Of a stretch of 31,670 bases of DNA, positions 6,899 to 18,900 are shown in pieces; positions within the stretch are counted from its first letter, which is position 1, and every line of letters starts with the position of its first letter. The stretch covers positions 1 to 31,670 of the forward strand of contig JBGFRZ010000009.1 of NCBI GenBank assembly GCA_041694835.1, read 5' to 3'. A program made the translations under genes and the position numbers. Source of the stretch: Ignavibacteria bacterium. GTDB taxonomy: Bacteria > Elusimicrobiota > Endomicrobiia > PHAN01. A model generated the notes under the pieces. It worked only from the letters and a program-made list of their open reading frames with translations. It was not told where the DNA came from and did no database searches.

Positions 6899-8602
6899 TT
6901 ATCTCGCTACCACCACGACTCCGTTTATTGTTTTGTTTCCTTCAATCTGATAGATATACAAACCACTCGCAACCGGTCTTCCTCTGGAATCTTTTCCGTC
7001 CCAATAAAGAATGCAGGGGTTATCGGCGGCGCCCACTTCGTGGTTCAAATCGCAAACGTATGCGCCATTAATATCAAATATTTTTCCGACGAATCTTTCA
7101 TTATATGGGTTTACTATGTTAAATCTGATTTTGTTAAATTCGGCGTTTTTATCGTCGGGAGAAAAGATTTTTCTGGGGGTAATCGTTAATTGCACTTTAT
7201 CCGAAAGCGACTGCGAGAGTTTATATTTACTAAGATGACTCGTTTTTATCTCTATGCTCTTGTCATCTTTATTGTTCCTCCCCCCGTATTTCACCCACTC
7301 TATGCCGTTATGATAAAAAATTGCAAGTTTTCCTTCGGCGGTATTTACTGGAATTCCAATTTTGTCCACAATCAGGTCATTGTCGATATCGTAATAGAAT
7401 TTTAAGACAACCGCATCTGAAAACTTAAATTTTGGGGGCAATGCCGTGTTTGTGTCCGCTCTGTATGGCTTAAATTCAATGACGCTGATATCTCCCTGTT
7501 TTTCCTCGTTTTTAAGTCGGGCAAGTTTCAATACGATATCTGCCCCCATGGAATTATTTGCTCCTAATAATATTGATGCAGCAGAAGCGGGTATCTCAAT
7601 AGAAGCGGTAATTTTGCCGCTTTCTTCTAAAACAGCCGCTAATTGTGCTTCGGGACGAGAATCAATGAGCATAGAGGCCTCGCTCTCGTTGCCACTCGTA
7701 TCATAAGCCGTTATCCTATAATATACTATTGTCGCATTGTTCTCATTATCCAACCAACTATGTGTGTGTGATGAAAGAGCGACTTTGAACGTCCATAGAT
7801 TTTGAGAAATCCTTTGTTGCGTGGATTTATAAACTTTATAGCCCGCAAGGTCATTGCATTGCGAACCATCGGTATTTAATGTTACGGCGGACCACAGAAT
7901 ACGAACTCTTCCGTTTTCAATAACTGTTCTGATTCCCGAAGGGGGATTAGGTTTTACGGTATCTACGATGGTTGCTTGAACCCCAACCTTAAAATTAGCG
8001 GTTATGGTATCGTTGCCTGCATGCGGCCAGTTGTCCTCTGTCCCTTGACCATTCTGATTTTTTACAACTACACTTATGACTGATGAATCCCCTCCTTTTG
8101 CGTCGGAAGGAACATAAACCATAACAAAGAAATAAAAAGTCGCATCTGCTGCCAATGAATCCGTAGTTGAAATCTCGGTGTTTTCACCCGACTGGCGAAC
8201 TCCATCGGAATTGTCGTCTTTTAATATTTTAACGCTCCAATTTTCGCCCGAAACCGTAGATGCCGAAATCGTAAAATTATCAGCGGCATTGGCAAGATTA
8301 CAGAAATTAAAGGAGACATATCGTGTTGTGCCCGATGTAAGCGTCTGCGGCGAGACGGATGGTAATTGAGAAATAGCATATCCTGTTGACACCGCGACTA
8401 TTGAGAGATGAGATGTAAAATAAAAAGTCGTTCCCATGGCATCCCTTGAAACAATTGTATCGCCCGGTTGATCGCAGATATCCACCACTCCGGAATCTCC
8501 GCCATTTCTAATAAGTGTTCCGGCGGAAGTTCCAATAGACAAAAGATGAGAAACGTCTGCCGTCAGAATTATTAGAGAGAATAATATTTTCTTTAACTTC
8601 AT
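6899..8602 (-). CDS. Secreted protein: N-terminal region paralogous to 8982-9938, Fn3 domain, C-terminal FlgD/T9SS-CTD-like domain
   Basis: Signal peptide; GTSAGTLIRN start; DDNSDG motif; YYRITAYDTSGNES (Fn3); C-terminus IFSP...IFDING...WDGKDSRGRPVASGLYIYQI. Confidence 0.8.
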   Translation of the reverse strand: MKLKKILFSLIILTADVSHLLSIGTSAGTLIRNGGDSGVVDICDQPGDTIVSRDAMGTTFYFTSHLSIVAVSTGYAISQLPSVSPQTLTSGTTRYVSFNFCNLANAADNFTISASTVSGENWSVKILKDDNSDGVRQSGENTEISTTDSLAADATFYFFVMVYVPSDAKGGDSSVISVVVKNQNGQGTEDNWPHAGNDTITANFKVGVQATIVDTVKPNPPSGIRTVIENGRVRILWSAVTLNTDGSQCNDLAGYKVYKSTQQRISQNLWTFKVALSSHTHSWLDNENNATIVYYRITAYDTSGNESEASMLIDSRPEAQLAAVLEESGKITASIEIPASAASILLGANNSMGADIVLKLARLKNEEKQGDISVIEFKPYRADTNTALPPKFKFSDAVVLKFYYDIDNDLIVDKIGIPVNTAEGKLAIFYHNGIEWVKYGGRNNKDDKSIEIKTSHLSKYKLSQSLSDKVQLTITPRKIFSPDDKNAEFNKIRFNIVNPYNERFVGKIFDINGAYVCDLNHEVGAADNPCILYWDGKDSRGRPVASGLYIYQIEGNKTINGVVVVAR

Positions 8603-8648
8603 AATCTATACCGATGATTTTTAATCGCCGCAAAGCGTCAACTGAAAA

Positions 8649-8734
8649 TTGACGGCTACAAAGTTGACGACTACAAAGTCCACAGTCAATAGTCCATGGT
8701 CCACATATCAACCTATCAACCTGTCAACTTATCA
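8649..8734. repeat. Short tandem repeats (15-mer x2, 7-mer x4, 8-mer x3)
   Basis: TTGACGRCTACAAAG x2, GTCCACA-like x4, TCAACCTR-like x3. Confidence 0.65.
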
Positions 8735-8761
8735 TCTTCCTGCCGATAAATCGGCAACTAC

Positions 8762-8932
8762 TGCTCTGTGACATAAGTCTTTGATAGTGCCGCTCACGAG
8801 TGTCGGGAACAAATCCCTCTTGGCCCCCCTTTAATAAAGGGGAAATATAGGGGGATTTACAAAAATTGTCACCATTGATGTTGAGCGGTTCTGACAATGA
8901 CGACTACTATCAATAACTTCTGTCACAGAGCA
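8762..8932. mobile_element. 171-bp MITE-like element with nested palindrome
   Basis: TIRs TGCTCTGTGACATAAGTCTTTGATAGT / ACTATCAATAACTTCTGTCACAGAGCA, direct repeat CTAC on both flanks; internal AAATCCC...CCCCTTT..AAAGGGG...GGGATTT hairpin (8811-8858). Confidence 0.75.
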
Positions 8933-8981
8933 CTACTTTCTATAAATTTCTAAAAACACTCACCGATTACTGATTGCTTTT

Positions 8982-9938
8982 TTATCTTACATTGACTCTA
9001 AACTCTACATATGCACTCGTGCCGGCGGTCAAGTCGCCAAGATTTACAGTAATAAGTTGATCGCCGCTGTTCCATGCCACACCATCACTGATTGACTCAC
9101 GAGTCCCACCGGTTGACCATATACATCTGACTATGCTTCCGGTTATATAGTCACATTGTAGCGGTAGTTTGTCTCTATAAATCACATTTGTTGCAGTCCC
9201 TGAACCGGTTGCAGTAATCGTAGAGGTATAAACAATCGGGTCGGTAAATGGTCTTGCTGTACTTCTGTTTGCTCCTTTTACCATTTGCAAAGTAGTTACG
9301 CTGGATCTCGTTGTGGTGTCGTCGATGCGAGTGTCGTTGCCGGCGGCTGGCCAATTGTCTTCAGTGCCCGAACCGTTCCGATTTCTTGCTGTCAGACGAA
9401 TCGTTGAAGTCGAGCCGTCTACGGCATTTGAAGGAATCACAACGCTTACAAAGAAATAAAAAGTCGCATCTGCTGCCAATGTGCCCGTAGTTGAAATCTC
9501 GGTGTTTTCAGTGGGTTGGCGGATGCCGTCGGCATTATCATCTCTAAAAATCCTGGCCGGCCACGTCGCACCAGCAATTACACTTGTAGAGAGCGATATG
9601 GTATCAGTCGCGTTACCAAGGTTGCAGATCGAATACGCATAGTTTGCCGTAGCCCCCGGAAGAAGCGTTTGGTCGGAGGGGGCCGGTAAAGCGGTCAAAG
9701 CAAAACCCGTTGACACAACTACACCCGCCAAATTACTGGCAGCGAAACTTGTCGTATTGCCGACGAGCCACTGGACTATAGTATCTCCAGCGGTATCAGC
9801 AAGATTTGGTGAACCAGCATCGCCGCCATTCTGGATTTGCGTGTTGGCGGCGGTGCCTGCTGCAAAAAGACGAGAACCAGAAAAAACTGAAACCACTACT
9901 ACGGCAAAAACCAAAAACAAAACCTTTAATCTACACAT
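8982..9938 (-). CDS. Secreted DUF11-domain protein, putative fibre shaft subunit
   Basis: ATG at 9938 follows GGAGG; signal peptide ending LFA; mature start AGTAANTQIQN; C-terminal DUF11-like LQMVK...IVYT...ATNVIYRDKLP...YITGS...LGDLTAG...VEFRVNVR. Confidence 0.8.
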   Translation of the reverse strand: MCRLKVLFLVFAVVVVSVFSGSRLFAAGTAANTQIQNGGDAGSPNLADTAGDTIVQWLVGNTTSFAASNLAGVVVSTGFALTALPAPSDQTLLPGATANYAYSICNLGNATDTISLSTSVIAGATWPARIFRDDNADGIRQPTENTEISTTGTLAADATFYFFVSVVIPSNAVDGSTSTIRLTARNRNGSGTEDNWPAAGNDTRIDDTTTRSSVTTLQMVKGANRSTARPFTDPIVYTSTITATGSGTATNVIYRDKLPLQCDYITGSIVRCIWSTGGTRESISDGVAWNSGDQLITVNLGDLTAGTSAYVEFRVNVR

Positions 9939-9954
9939 ACACCCTCCCATTTTA

Positions 9955-12900
9955 TTATTTTATCTGCGCTTTAAACTCAATGACGACACTCTCCGCCACA
10001 CCAATTGTGGGAATGTTAACTTTTACCAGATTATTGCTTATATCAAACTCTGCCTCATCTCCGTCTAAAGCATCAGTTTTTAGGACACCGCCAAGATGTA
10101 TCGTTTCTGCCACATAATTACAATTCTGCGGGATTTTATCTCTGATGACAACATTGCTTTGCGCAATATTTCCATTGTTTGTAACCATAATTCTGTAAGT
10201 TATCACACCACCAGGTCGGGATGAACTTGTGACTTCAAATATTGATTTTGTCGCCGTTATTACAACAAAGTTGGTAATTGTTGATGTGGTATTAGACAAT
10301 TCTGACCAATTTCTTTGCTTGAAAGGTGGCGTCTCTTCGTCGGCGGTGCGAATACGGAAATAATATGTGCTTCCTCCGAGTAAACCTGTAACTGTATAAC
10401 TTTGAATAGAACCTGATGTGGTAGAGGTGGAAAGATAGATGGACAGGAAGGTAGAGAGGTCGGAAGAAGTAGAGTGTCTTATCTCAAATTGACCGTTAAC
10501 GATATTGCCGACGTTGCCGTCGTCGCCGGGAGATGTCCATCTCAATCTAACGTTTCTTTCTCCAAAACCAGGCTCGGCAAATAAATCGCTAACCATTGCC
10601 GGCGGCACGTTATCAAACTGGGCATATGCCGACGCTGTATTTGAAAATACCGACCAGTTGCTACGTTCATCGGCGGTTCTCAGACGGAAAAAATATGTTC
10701 TTGCCGGCTCAAGCCCTGTGATTGTATAATTCTGAATAGAACCTGATGTAGAAGAGGTGGAAAGATAGATGGACAGAAAGGTAGAGAGGTCGGAAGAAGT
10801 AGAATAGCGAATTTCAAATGAACCGTTAACGATATTGCCGACGGTGCCATCGTCGCCCGGCGAAGTCCATTGTAAATTTATTTCACCGGAATTGACCCCG
10901 ACAGCAGCGGTCAAATCAGTAATTACTGCTGGTGGTGTAACATCAACTTGTGCCCAGGTGGTTGCAGCGTTTGAAATACCTGACCAGTTGAATGCTTCGT
11001 CGCGTGTCCAGAGACGGAAGAAGTATGTCGCCCCCGGCGACATAGCAAATAGCGAATAGCGAATAGCAAATAGTGGTGAGACACCACTGGTGGAGATAAT
11101 TACCTGAGCATTTGAGGTTGACCAAACTACTTCTGTGTATGTTGAGTATTGAACTTTGAACATTGAACCTGAAACGAGTGTTCCTGACCAGTTATCGTCG
11201 CCGGGCGATATCCATGATAAAGTAATTTGTCCTTCTGTCGTGCCCGCTTGAGCCGATAAACTTGTAACCGCGGCAGGTGCTGTTATGTCGCCTAAACTCC
11301 GGAGTGTGTAAGTATATGATGCTGTTACTACCGAGTTAGAATTACCCCAGTCGTTACAAGCAGATGCATCATAAGGTGTGGAATCGGTTATACCGGGTTT
11401 GTTTTCTGCAGGACGGAATATATGAACAATATGCACATTCTGTCCTGTTGTAATGCCAAGGACTGAAAGTGGGATTCTAAACTCTGCCCAGTCATTTGTC
11501 TTGTTAGATGCAAAATCCGTTCCTGAAACCATACTTGCGCCAGGCCCCCAGTTGATTCCGTCGGATCTAAATCTCAACATACCGCCCAAAGAAGTTGCAG
11601 TCGGACCGTTTATCCAGCCGTTTACTGCAATATCAGGTTTATGATTCCAGTTAATCGTTGTATTACTCATCCACGGGTCTGTTGTTGTTCCACTGACAGT
11701 TACGGTATCAAAGAAGAAGTTATAGTGTGCAGAGAGTCCGTCATTCCACGGGTCGCCATTAAACTGAAATCCGAGATATAAAAATTGCGCGTCGTTTGTA
11801 ATATAGAGGTCACGAGCGCGGTTATCGGGCGATTTAAAACCAACGCTTATAGTATTTGGGACACTGCCCCAGAAAGAATCTTTTGTTCCATCAATAACTG
11901 GCGTGAATGGCCCGCATGGCGATGGCTGCGGTGTGGCATAAGTTGTGGCGGTATTAGAAAGTCCCGACCAGTTGGGGACTTCATCTGCAAGACGTAGACG
12001 GAAATAATAAGTTGACGCAGGGACAAGCCCTGCAACTGTGTAGTTCTGAATGGAACCTGAGGCAGAAGAGGTAGAAAGATAGAGGGGTAGAAAGGTGGAA
12101 AAGTCGAAAGATGTTGAATAACGGATTTCAAATTGACCATTGACGATGTTACCGGTATTGCCATCGTCACCGGTGGCTGTCCATTGCAGTTGCACAGTGC
12201 CTGCATCAGCACCGGGCTGTGCTGATAAATCGATAACGGCAGCAGGCGGTGTACTGTCATCCGACGGTATAGTATAAGTAAAGAACTGTGTCAAAGTCGC
12301 ACCGACATCAGCCCAGTCAGAGCAGGCAGAATCATAAGGTGTTGAATCAGAGACACCAGGTTTGTTGTCTGCAGGACGGAAAATACCGAGTATCTGTAAT
12401 GTTTTTCCTGCGGTAAGCCCGAGTGATGTTCTCGGTAGACGGAACTCAGCCCAGTTATTGTTTTTGTTTGAGCCAAAGTCAGTCCCGGAAGTCATTGATG
12501 TTCCGGTGCCCCACGCCGAACCTGTCCAGACATATCTTGTCATACCACCGAAAGATGTTGCACCTGTTCCGTTTACCCAGCCGCAAACGGCAATATCAGG
12601 TCTGTTGGTCCAGTTTATACCTGTGTTTGACTGCCACGGGTCTGATGAACCACCAGAAGTTGTATTAGTATCAATAAAGAAATTGTAATGCGCTGAACGC
12701 GCGGTTGGACTCTCGTCCCATGGGTCGCCACCAAACCAGAAGCCGATATATAAGTAATTAGCGTCGTAAGTAACAAAAATACCTCTCGAGAAATCGCCCG
12801 GCTGCCTTGAGTTGGGACTCGTTCCGACGGGAGTAGTTCCCCACGCAGCATCCTTCGTCCCATCCATTACCGGCGTAGGCGAGCCAGTGGCAACGTAATT

Positions 12901-15900
12901 AGTTGCGCCATTAGAAATTGCCGACCAATTATTATTTTCATCAGCAGCCCAAAGACGGATGTAGTAAGTAGCGCCCCATATTAGTTCTGAAATAGTGTAT
13001 GAATGCCCGGAACTCGGCGAATATGAAGTTGAAATTTGAATATTGTAATTTGCCAGTTGAAAGTTGAATGCAGGATTTGTGCTGAACGCTATGCGCCAAT
13101 AACCGTTTGAAACATTACCCGAAGTACCGTCGTCGCCGGTTGCTGTCCAGTTGATTGATATTTGTCCGGCTGAAGGACCTGGCGAAGCGGATAAATTATT
13201 GATTGCCGACGGAGGAATGTTGTCGGTGTTTGCGGTAGTGGTAGAAAGAACCGGCGAATCTTTGGGATTTACACCTGAGACCAGGTTCACATCATAAAAA
13301 TGAGTAAATGTGACATTACTCGCATCATTAGGCGCTGGATTTTGTGTCGGGTATGCGTTATATACATTTCTTGCCGTCTCCCATTTGTGAAACATAAGTA
13401 CACGCAGTTTGGTCGGGTTGTTAAGAGTAGAACGTAAAATAGCAATTTCATTTACAGTCGCGCCGAGTGAAACTGACGCAATTCCCCCGCCGTTGCCGGG
13501 GTCATTCCATAAAGAACCCGTCCAGTTTCGGACTGCTCTATATCCAGTCCCTTCCACACATAACGCGTAATCTGCCCGGAATGGCAGTATATGATTCTCA
13601 GCACCATCCCAGGCAGTCACCGGACTCGTTGTGCCGACAGTTGTATTATAGTCGGTATGGGTGTCAAACAACACAAAGAAATCGTTGTTTGTCGTATTGA
13701 CATCTGGACCGGCATAACAGATATAAATCGCAGTTGATGACCAGGTAAAATAAAAAGTATTTCCATTACGAAGTCCCATGTTTTCTGCCGGTAGCCAGTC
13801 AGCAAGTGAGCCATCCACAGTTATATTTCTGAATGTAACACCAGCAGGTGTATATGCAGTTGCTCCATTTGACAACTCTGATTCATTTCCAACTTCATCA
13901 TATGTTCTAATCCAGAAATAATGTGAGGTTCCGTTTAAAAGATTTTCAATGATACGTATCTGTGACGACCCGGGCGAGACATTTGATGTTGATATAGTTA
14001 CGACATTTACGCTTGACCATCCATCAGCGCTATTGGTTGAGTATTTGACAACAAATTTACTGCCTGAAAGAAGCGTTCCCGAATTTCCGTCGTCGCCGGG
14101 GGAGGTCCAGGTGAGACGGACAGAATTTGCGGACAACACAGTCGCTGATAAATTGGCAACTGCGGCGGGGGCTATAATGTCCGGTAAGGTATAAGCCGTT
14201 GCACCATTTGATATTTCAGACCACAGCGGAACTTCATCCCGAGAGCGAATTGCAAAATAATATGTCGCATTTGACAAAAGCCCCGTCAACAAAAGCGTCT
14301 GCCCACTTCCCGGTGGAGATGGCGGAGGTATTGGAGAAAACTGAGAGACGCTTCTTGCCGAGTTGAAGTTGTCGATAGAAATCGCCGGCGACGCTGAGAT
14401 ACTTGTTGAGTATTTTATATCGTATGCCGAGCATGTCGCGACCGTCCAGTCGGCTCCGGGTGCTGTCCATGAAAGTTCTATGCCCTGACCGTCGAGAGCA
14501 GACGACGCCGTCAAATCTGTAATCGTTCCGGGGTAGTTTCGCAGGGTAAATTGGCCTGAGATGGAAATTCCTGTAAGTCCCCCATTGTCTGATGCAATCA
14601 CGCGAACCATGTATGAAGTTGAGTTTGGAAGAAAAGTCGTATTCCAGGTATGTGTTCCGATATTTAACAGGTTAGTTGCGATATTTGTCCAGGTAATATC
14701 CGACCGAATATATTGTAAAGTTATTCCGAGCGTATCGCCGTCAGGGTCAGTGGCAGTCCATCGTATATTTCGTGAACCTGTCCATAATTCACCTCCAACT
14801 GGTTCAAGTATAGTTACAGAAGGTGGCTGGTTTATCAAATTGATTCTCACTTTAACATCTGGCGAAATCCCGACATTATTATCGGCGTCGTAAGCGCGCG
14901 CTTGAAGTATATAATCGCTATCTTCGTTTAAGCCCGTAACATTCCAAGACGTGACATACGGGCTTACAGTATGCGAAGATATAAATGTCCAGGTAACAGT
15001 TGCTGTAGAGCGATAGAAAAACTCTACTTTTGTTACCCCGACATCGTCTGTTGCAGTTGCTGAAATATCTACTGATGATGTAGTTACGGAGAAGTTCTGT
15101 GCCGGGTATGTAATAGATACTGTTGGTGTTGCTGCTACAACACTAAGGTTTATGTTCCAGTTCTGGTTACTATTATTATCCCAGGTGCCATCGTTCCAGT
15201 TGAATACGAAATTGATTTGTGAGACCTGTTGTTGCGATTTATTGAACGGACCAAGTTGTATAAAATACTTCCCTGTTTCTGTGGATAACAATACCGTCTG
15301 GACTGCTTTCCCGTCGGTACCCCAGATAGTTGTCGTAGAATTACCGGGCCAGTAGACGGAGTTTGGCTGTATCCAGTTATTCACGCCCCAGTGCAGTTTG
15401 CCGGGTTTGTTATCAACAGATGCACGGATAGTGATTACATCATTAGTTGTCGGATTTGTTGGTGTCCATAAAGTCGTCGGTGACGGTGTTGTCGCCTGAC
15501 CTACCCAGACATGTAAAATTGGTGATTTACTGATATTGCCTTTTGTATCGGTTGCTTCTACATAGTAATCAACCAACGCGTTTGAAACACCTGTAACTCG
15601 TGCACTGTATTCGGATGCTTTGTAAGTCGGTGCGGGATTTGTCCTTGATGCCCAATCACGGGAAGTCATTGAAATTGAGTTCCACGTTCCGCCTGAATAT
15701 AGTCCATTAGATGAATCTCTGACGCCATCAGGGTCAATACGGTATTTTAACTGAACTGAAGAAAGCCCGGAAACATCATATACCAAAGTCCAGACAGTAA
15801 AAGTGCTTGTCTGTAATTTTCCCCATTCATTCCCACCCGGATTGTAAGGGTCTCGCTGCGGATAATAAATAGAAGGTCCGACAGTATCTGCGGGATTTGC

Positions 15901-18900
15901 GCCTAAAACCAAATCTGCATAATGAACCGCCTGATTTGCTGCTCTTGTTGGGTTTGAATCCCAGATTTCCGTGCCATCCCAATACCAGTAACACGACTGC
16001 TGTCCGCAGTAATAATAATGCCACGCTTTTGCAGTATTGTTGCCTGTATTATTCAGTATATCGGAAAGTGAAGCTGCAGGTAAGTTTTTTTCTGCTGTAT
16101 CTAACCGGTTTTTTGCGGCTATCATAACAGCCCACGAGTTTCTATCATGGGAATAGCCGGTTGCATCGGGTGGAGCATTCCATTTCAAAAACTCCGGGTC
16201 GCCATTGTCCGCACCCGACCAGGAACCGTTCTCTACATGGATAACATCATTCACCGGGTCAGGCGGGAACATATCTAAATAGTCCTGTATTGTCGTGCAG
16301 ACGAACCTGTGCGGGTTTGCAAGTAACCAATTCACAAAGTTCTGGAAGTTAGAGCCATAATATGACTCAGTTCCGCCGCCGTAGTTATCGCCATCGTGCG
16401 GCAGAACCACGAGCATCGGTCGTCTTGCATCGGTGTTGTACTGTTCATACTGACTCATCACTGCTTCATACTGCAACGCACCGAAACCACCACGCGCATC
16501 TTCGTTACCTTCATATCTTGCACCTGGGACTGCGATTATTTTTTTCGTCTCACCTGTAGTCGGGTCGCGGTATGCAACATAATGCGGTCTGTAGCCCCAC
16601 GGGACTGAGACTCTCGTCGGTGCCCAGAGATTAGTAAGTTGTAGCCAGGTAATCCCTGCCGGATTATTCAGTTGGTCTGCTGGATTCGGTTCGTATAAAT
16701 TGCCACCGGAATTCCACGGATAGCCCTTTACAGTTCTATCAAAATGGACATTATCTACGAGTACCCACTGGATACCTTCATCAACTAACGCTGGTATCAT
16801 CTCCGGTCTGAAAGCATTTTCAGGCGGAAAAATTCCTTTTGAATAAGGAGGCGTTGTGCCAAAAACCTGACCAAATCTTAAACGATGAAGTTGAATCTGC
16901 CGACGAATATCGTTGTAATCAATCAAGCCCATCAAAGGATGATGATGACCGAATGCAACCATATCCATCCGAGGATTACCACCACCCGCAGAAACAGCGC
17001 CGGGCGGTATTGACGGCTCTGCTTGTGTTAGCCAGTTTCGTGCTGTGATATAATCATTCTGCCAGCCGGACCAGAACCCACGATTCGCCGCAACGATATT
17101 ATTTATATTCTCCATAAGCGAGCCGGAGAAAGAGACCTGCGCACCTAATTTTCTAAGTCCGAGGCCCTTCTCAACCGCTCCTTTTGGCCAGGAAGTATAA
17201 GGTCCCGTTCTGCTGGTGTGGACATTTATTACGCTGAAACTGTACCTGTTGGCATCGTTCGTCTGGACAACATTTTCATACGGATAGTAAATCGGCTGGT
17301 GCATATGCCAGAGGAACGCTATGTAAATAGGTGGTTTTGGAAGTTGTGCTCCAACTCCTGCCGCTATTGACGACGCAGAGTTAGAAATTGGAGAGATATT
17401 CCAAGCATCATCAACTGATTTTATACGGAAATAGTAGGTAGCGCCAGCGGTAAGATTCATGATAGTCATTGTTTGTGTAAACCCTGGCGTAAGTGGTGCT
17501 GGTGGATTTGATGCAGTCGTCGCTTGTGACCAGTTAGTATCATCAACCGGGAACGAAGCATATTTTACAATGTATGATGTAACCGCACCGCCGGTGGCAC
17601 CGTCTTCTTTAGGTGCAGTCCATGAAAGGTTCACACTACCTTGTGTTGCGCCTGTAAGTGCCGACAGGTTTGTAATTGCTGCAGGTGGTATTCTCGGGAC
17701 AGTTGTAGAGACAGTAGTATCAAAACTGCTTGCGATATTATTTCCATTTAGTGAACGCACGCGATAAAAGTATGTTGAACCTTCCGTGATAGAAATGTCC
17801 GAATAAGTAAGAGAGGTAGAAAGGTAGAGAGGTAGAAAGACGGAACCGGTTGTGGAGCGTTCAATCTGGTATTGAGTGTAATCCGGGTTATTATTCGCTG
17901 ACCACGAGATACTGATACTTGACACTGACACTGACACTATGTTACTACCTGTTGGCGGGTTTGAAAGCGTCCAGGAAGTCGCAGAGTTTGATAAAGAAGT
18001 TAGACCATCAAAAAATGCTTTTACTCTACGAATAAGTTTTTGGTTTGGTGAAAGTCCTGACTCAACATAAAATGTTGTATTAGCGGCTAGTACTGGTGAT
18101 GCATTGTATGTAAAAGTATCTGCTACAATTTGATAACCTGTCTCACCTGTAATATCCGACCAGTCCCAACGTATTGAAATTGTAGTTTGAGTTGATGCTC
18201 TGAAATCTGTAACAGCAGAAAGCCCGGCACGAGCAAAATTTGTAGTATTTTTAGTTAAATCAGAAACCCAGTTATTTATATTATTCGCCTGGTCTCTTGC
18301 ACGAATTGCAAAATAATATGTTGCACCGGGTACAAGCCCTGTAACTATTAACGATTCTGTCATTCCTGCGGTAGCAGGAATCTGAATTTGTGTCGGTGAT
18401 AATGCAGACAGCGGCAGCGCTGCATCAAACTGCGTATTATTTGTGATATTAGCAGTTGAAGAAATTTTGATAGTATAAGCAGAAGCAGTACCAATTGTTC
18501 CATCATTACCCGGTGCAGTCCATGAAAGATTTATATTACCTGCGGAAAGCCCTGTCGTTGCAACCAAATTGGTTATATCCGACGGAGGAATGTTGTCAAT
18601 CCTTGCTATGGAAGTCGCTCCGTTTGATAAATCAGACCAGATAGATGCATCTTTAGCGCGCATTGCAAAATAGTAGGTATTGCCCGGGATGAGTCCTGTG
18701 ACAGTCATTGCTTGAAAAGAACCAGAGGGTAGGGGATAGGGGATAGGGGATAGGGTAGAAACAAGTTGTGCTTGAGAAAACTTTGTCAGGTTAATAGCAG
18801 GTGAGTCAGACGCAATACTTGAGAGCCGGATATCATATTCTTTTGCAGTGCCAACGTTGCCGTCATCACCCGGCGCAAGCCAGGATAAAATTATAGAACC

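Noticed and set aside
10380-12200. DNA-level repeats near the 3' end of the giant gene as a DGR template/variable pair or array
   Set aside because: They are duplicated Fn3 coding units, differences are not adenine-specific, and no reverse transcriptase is present
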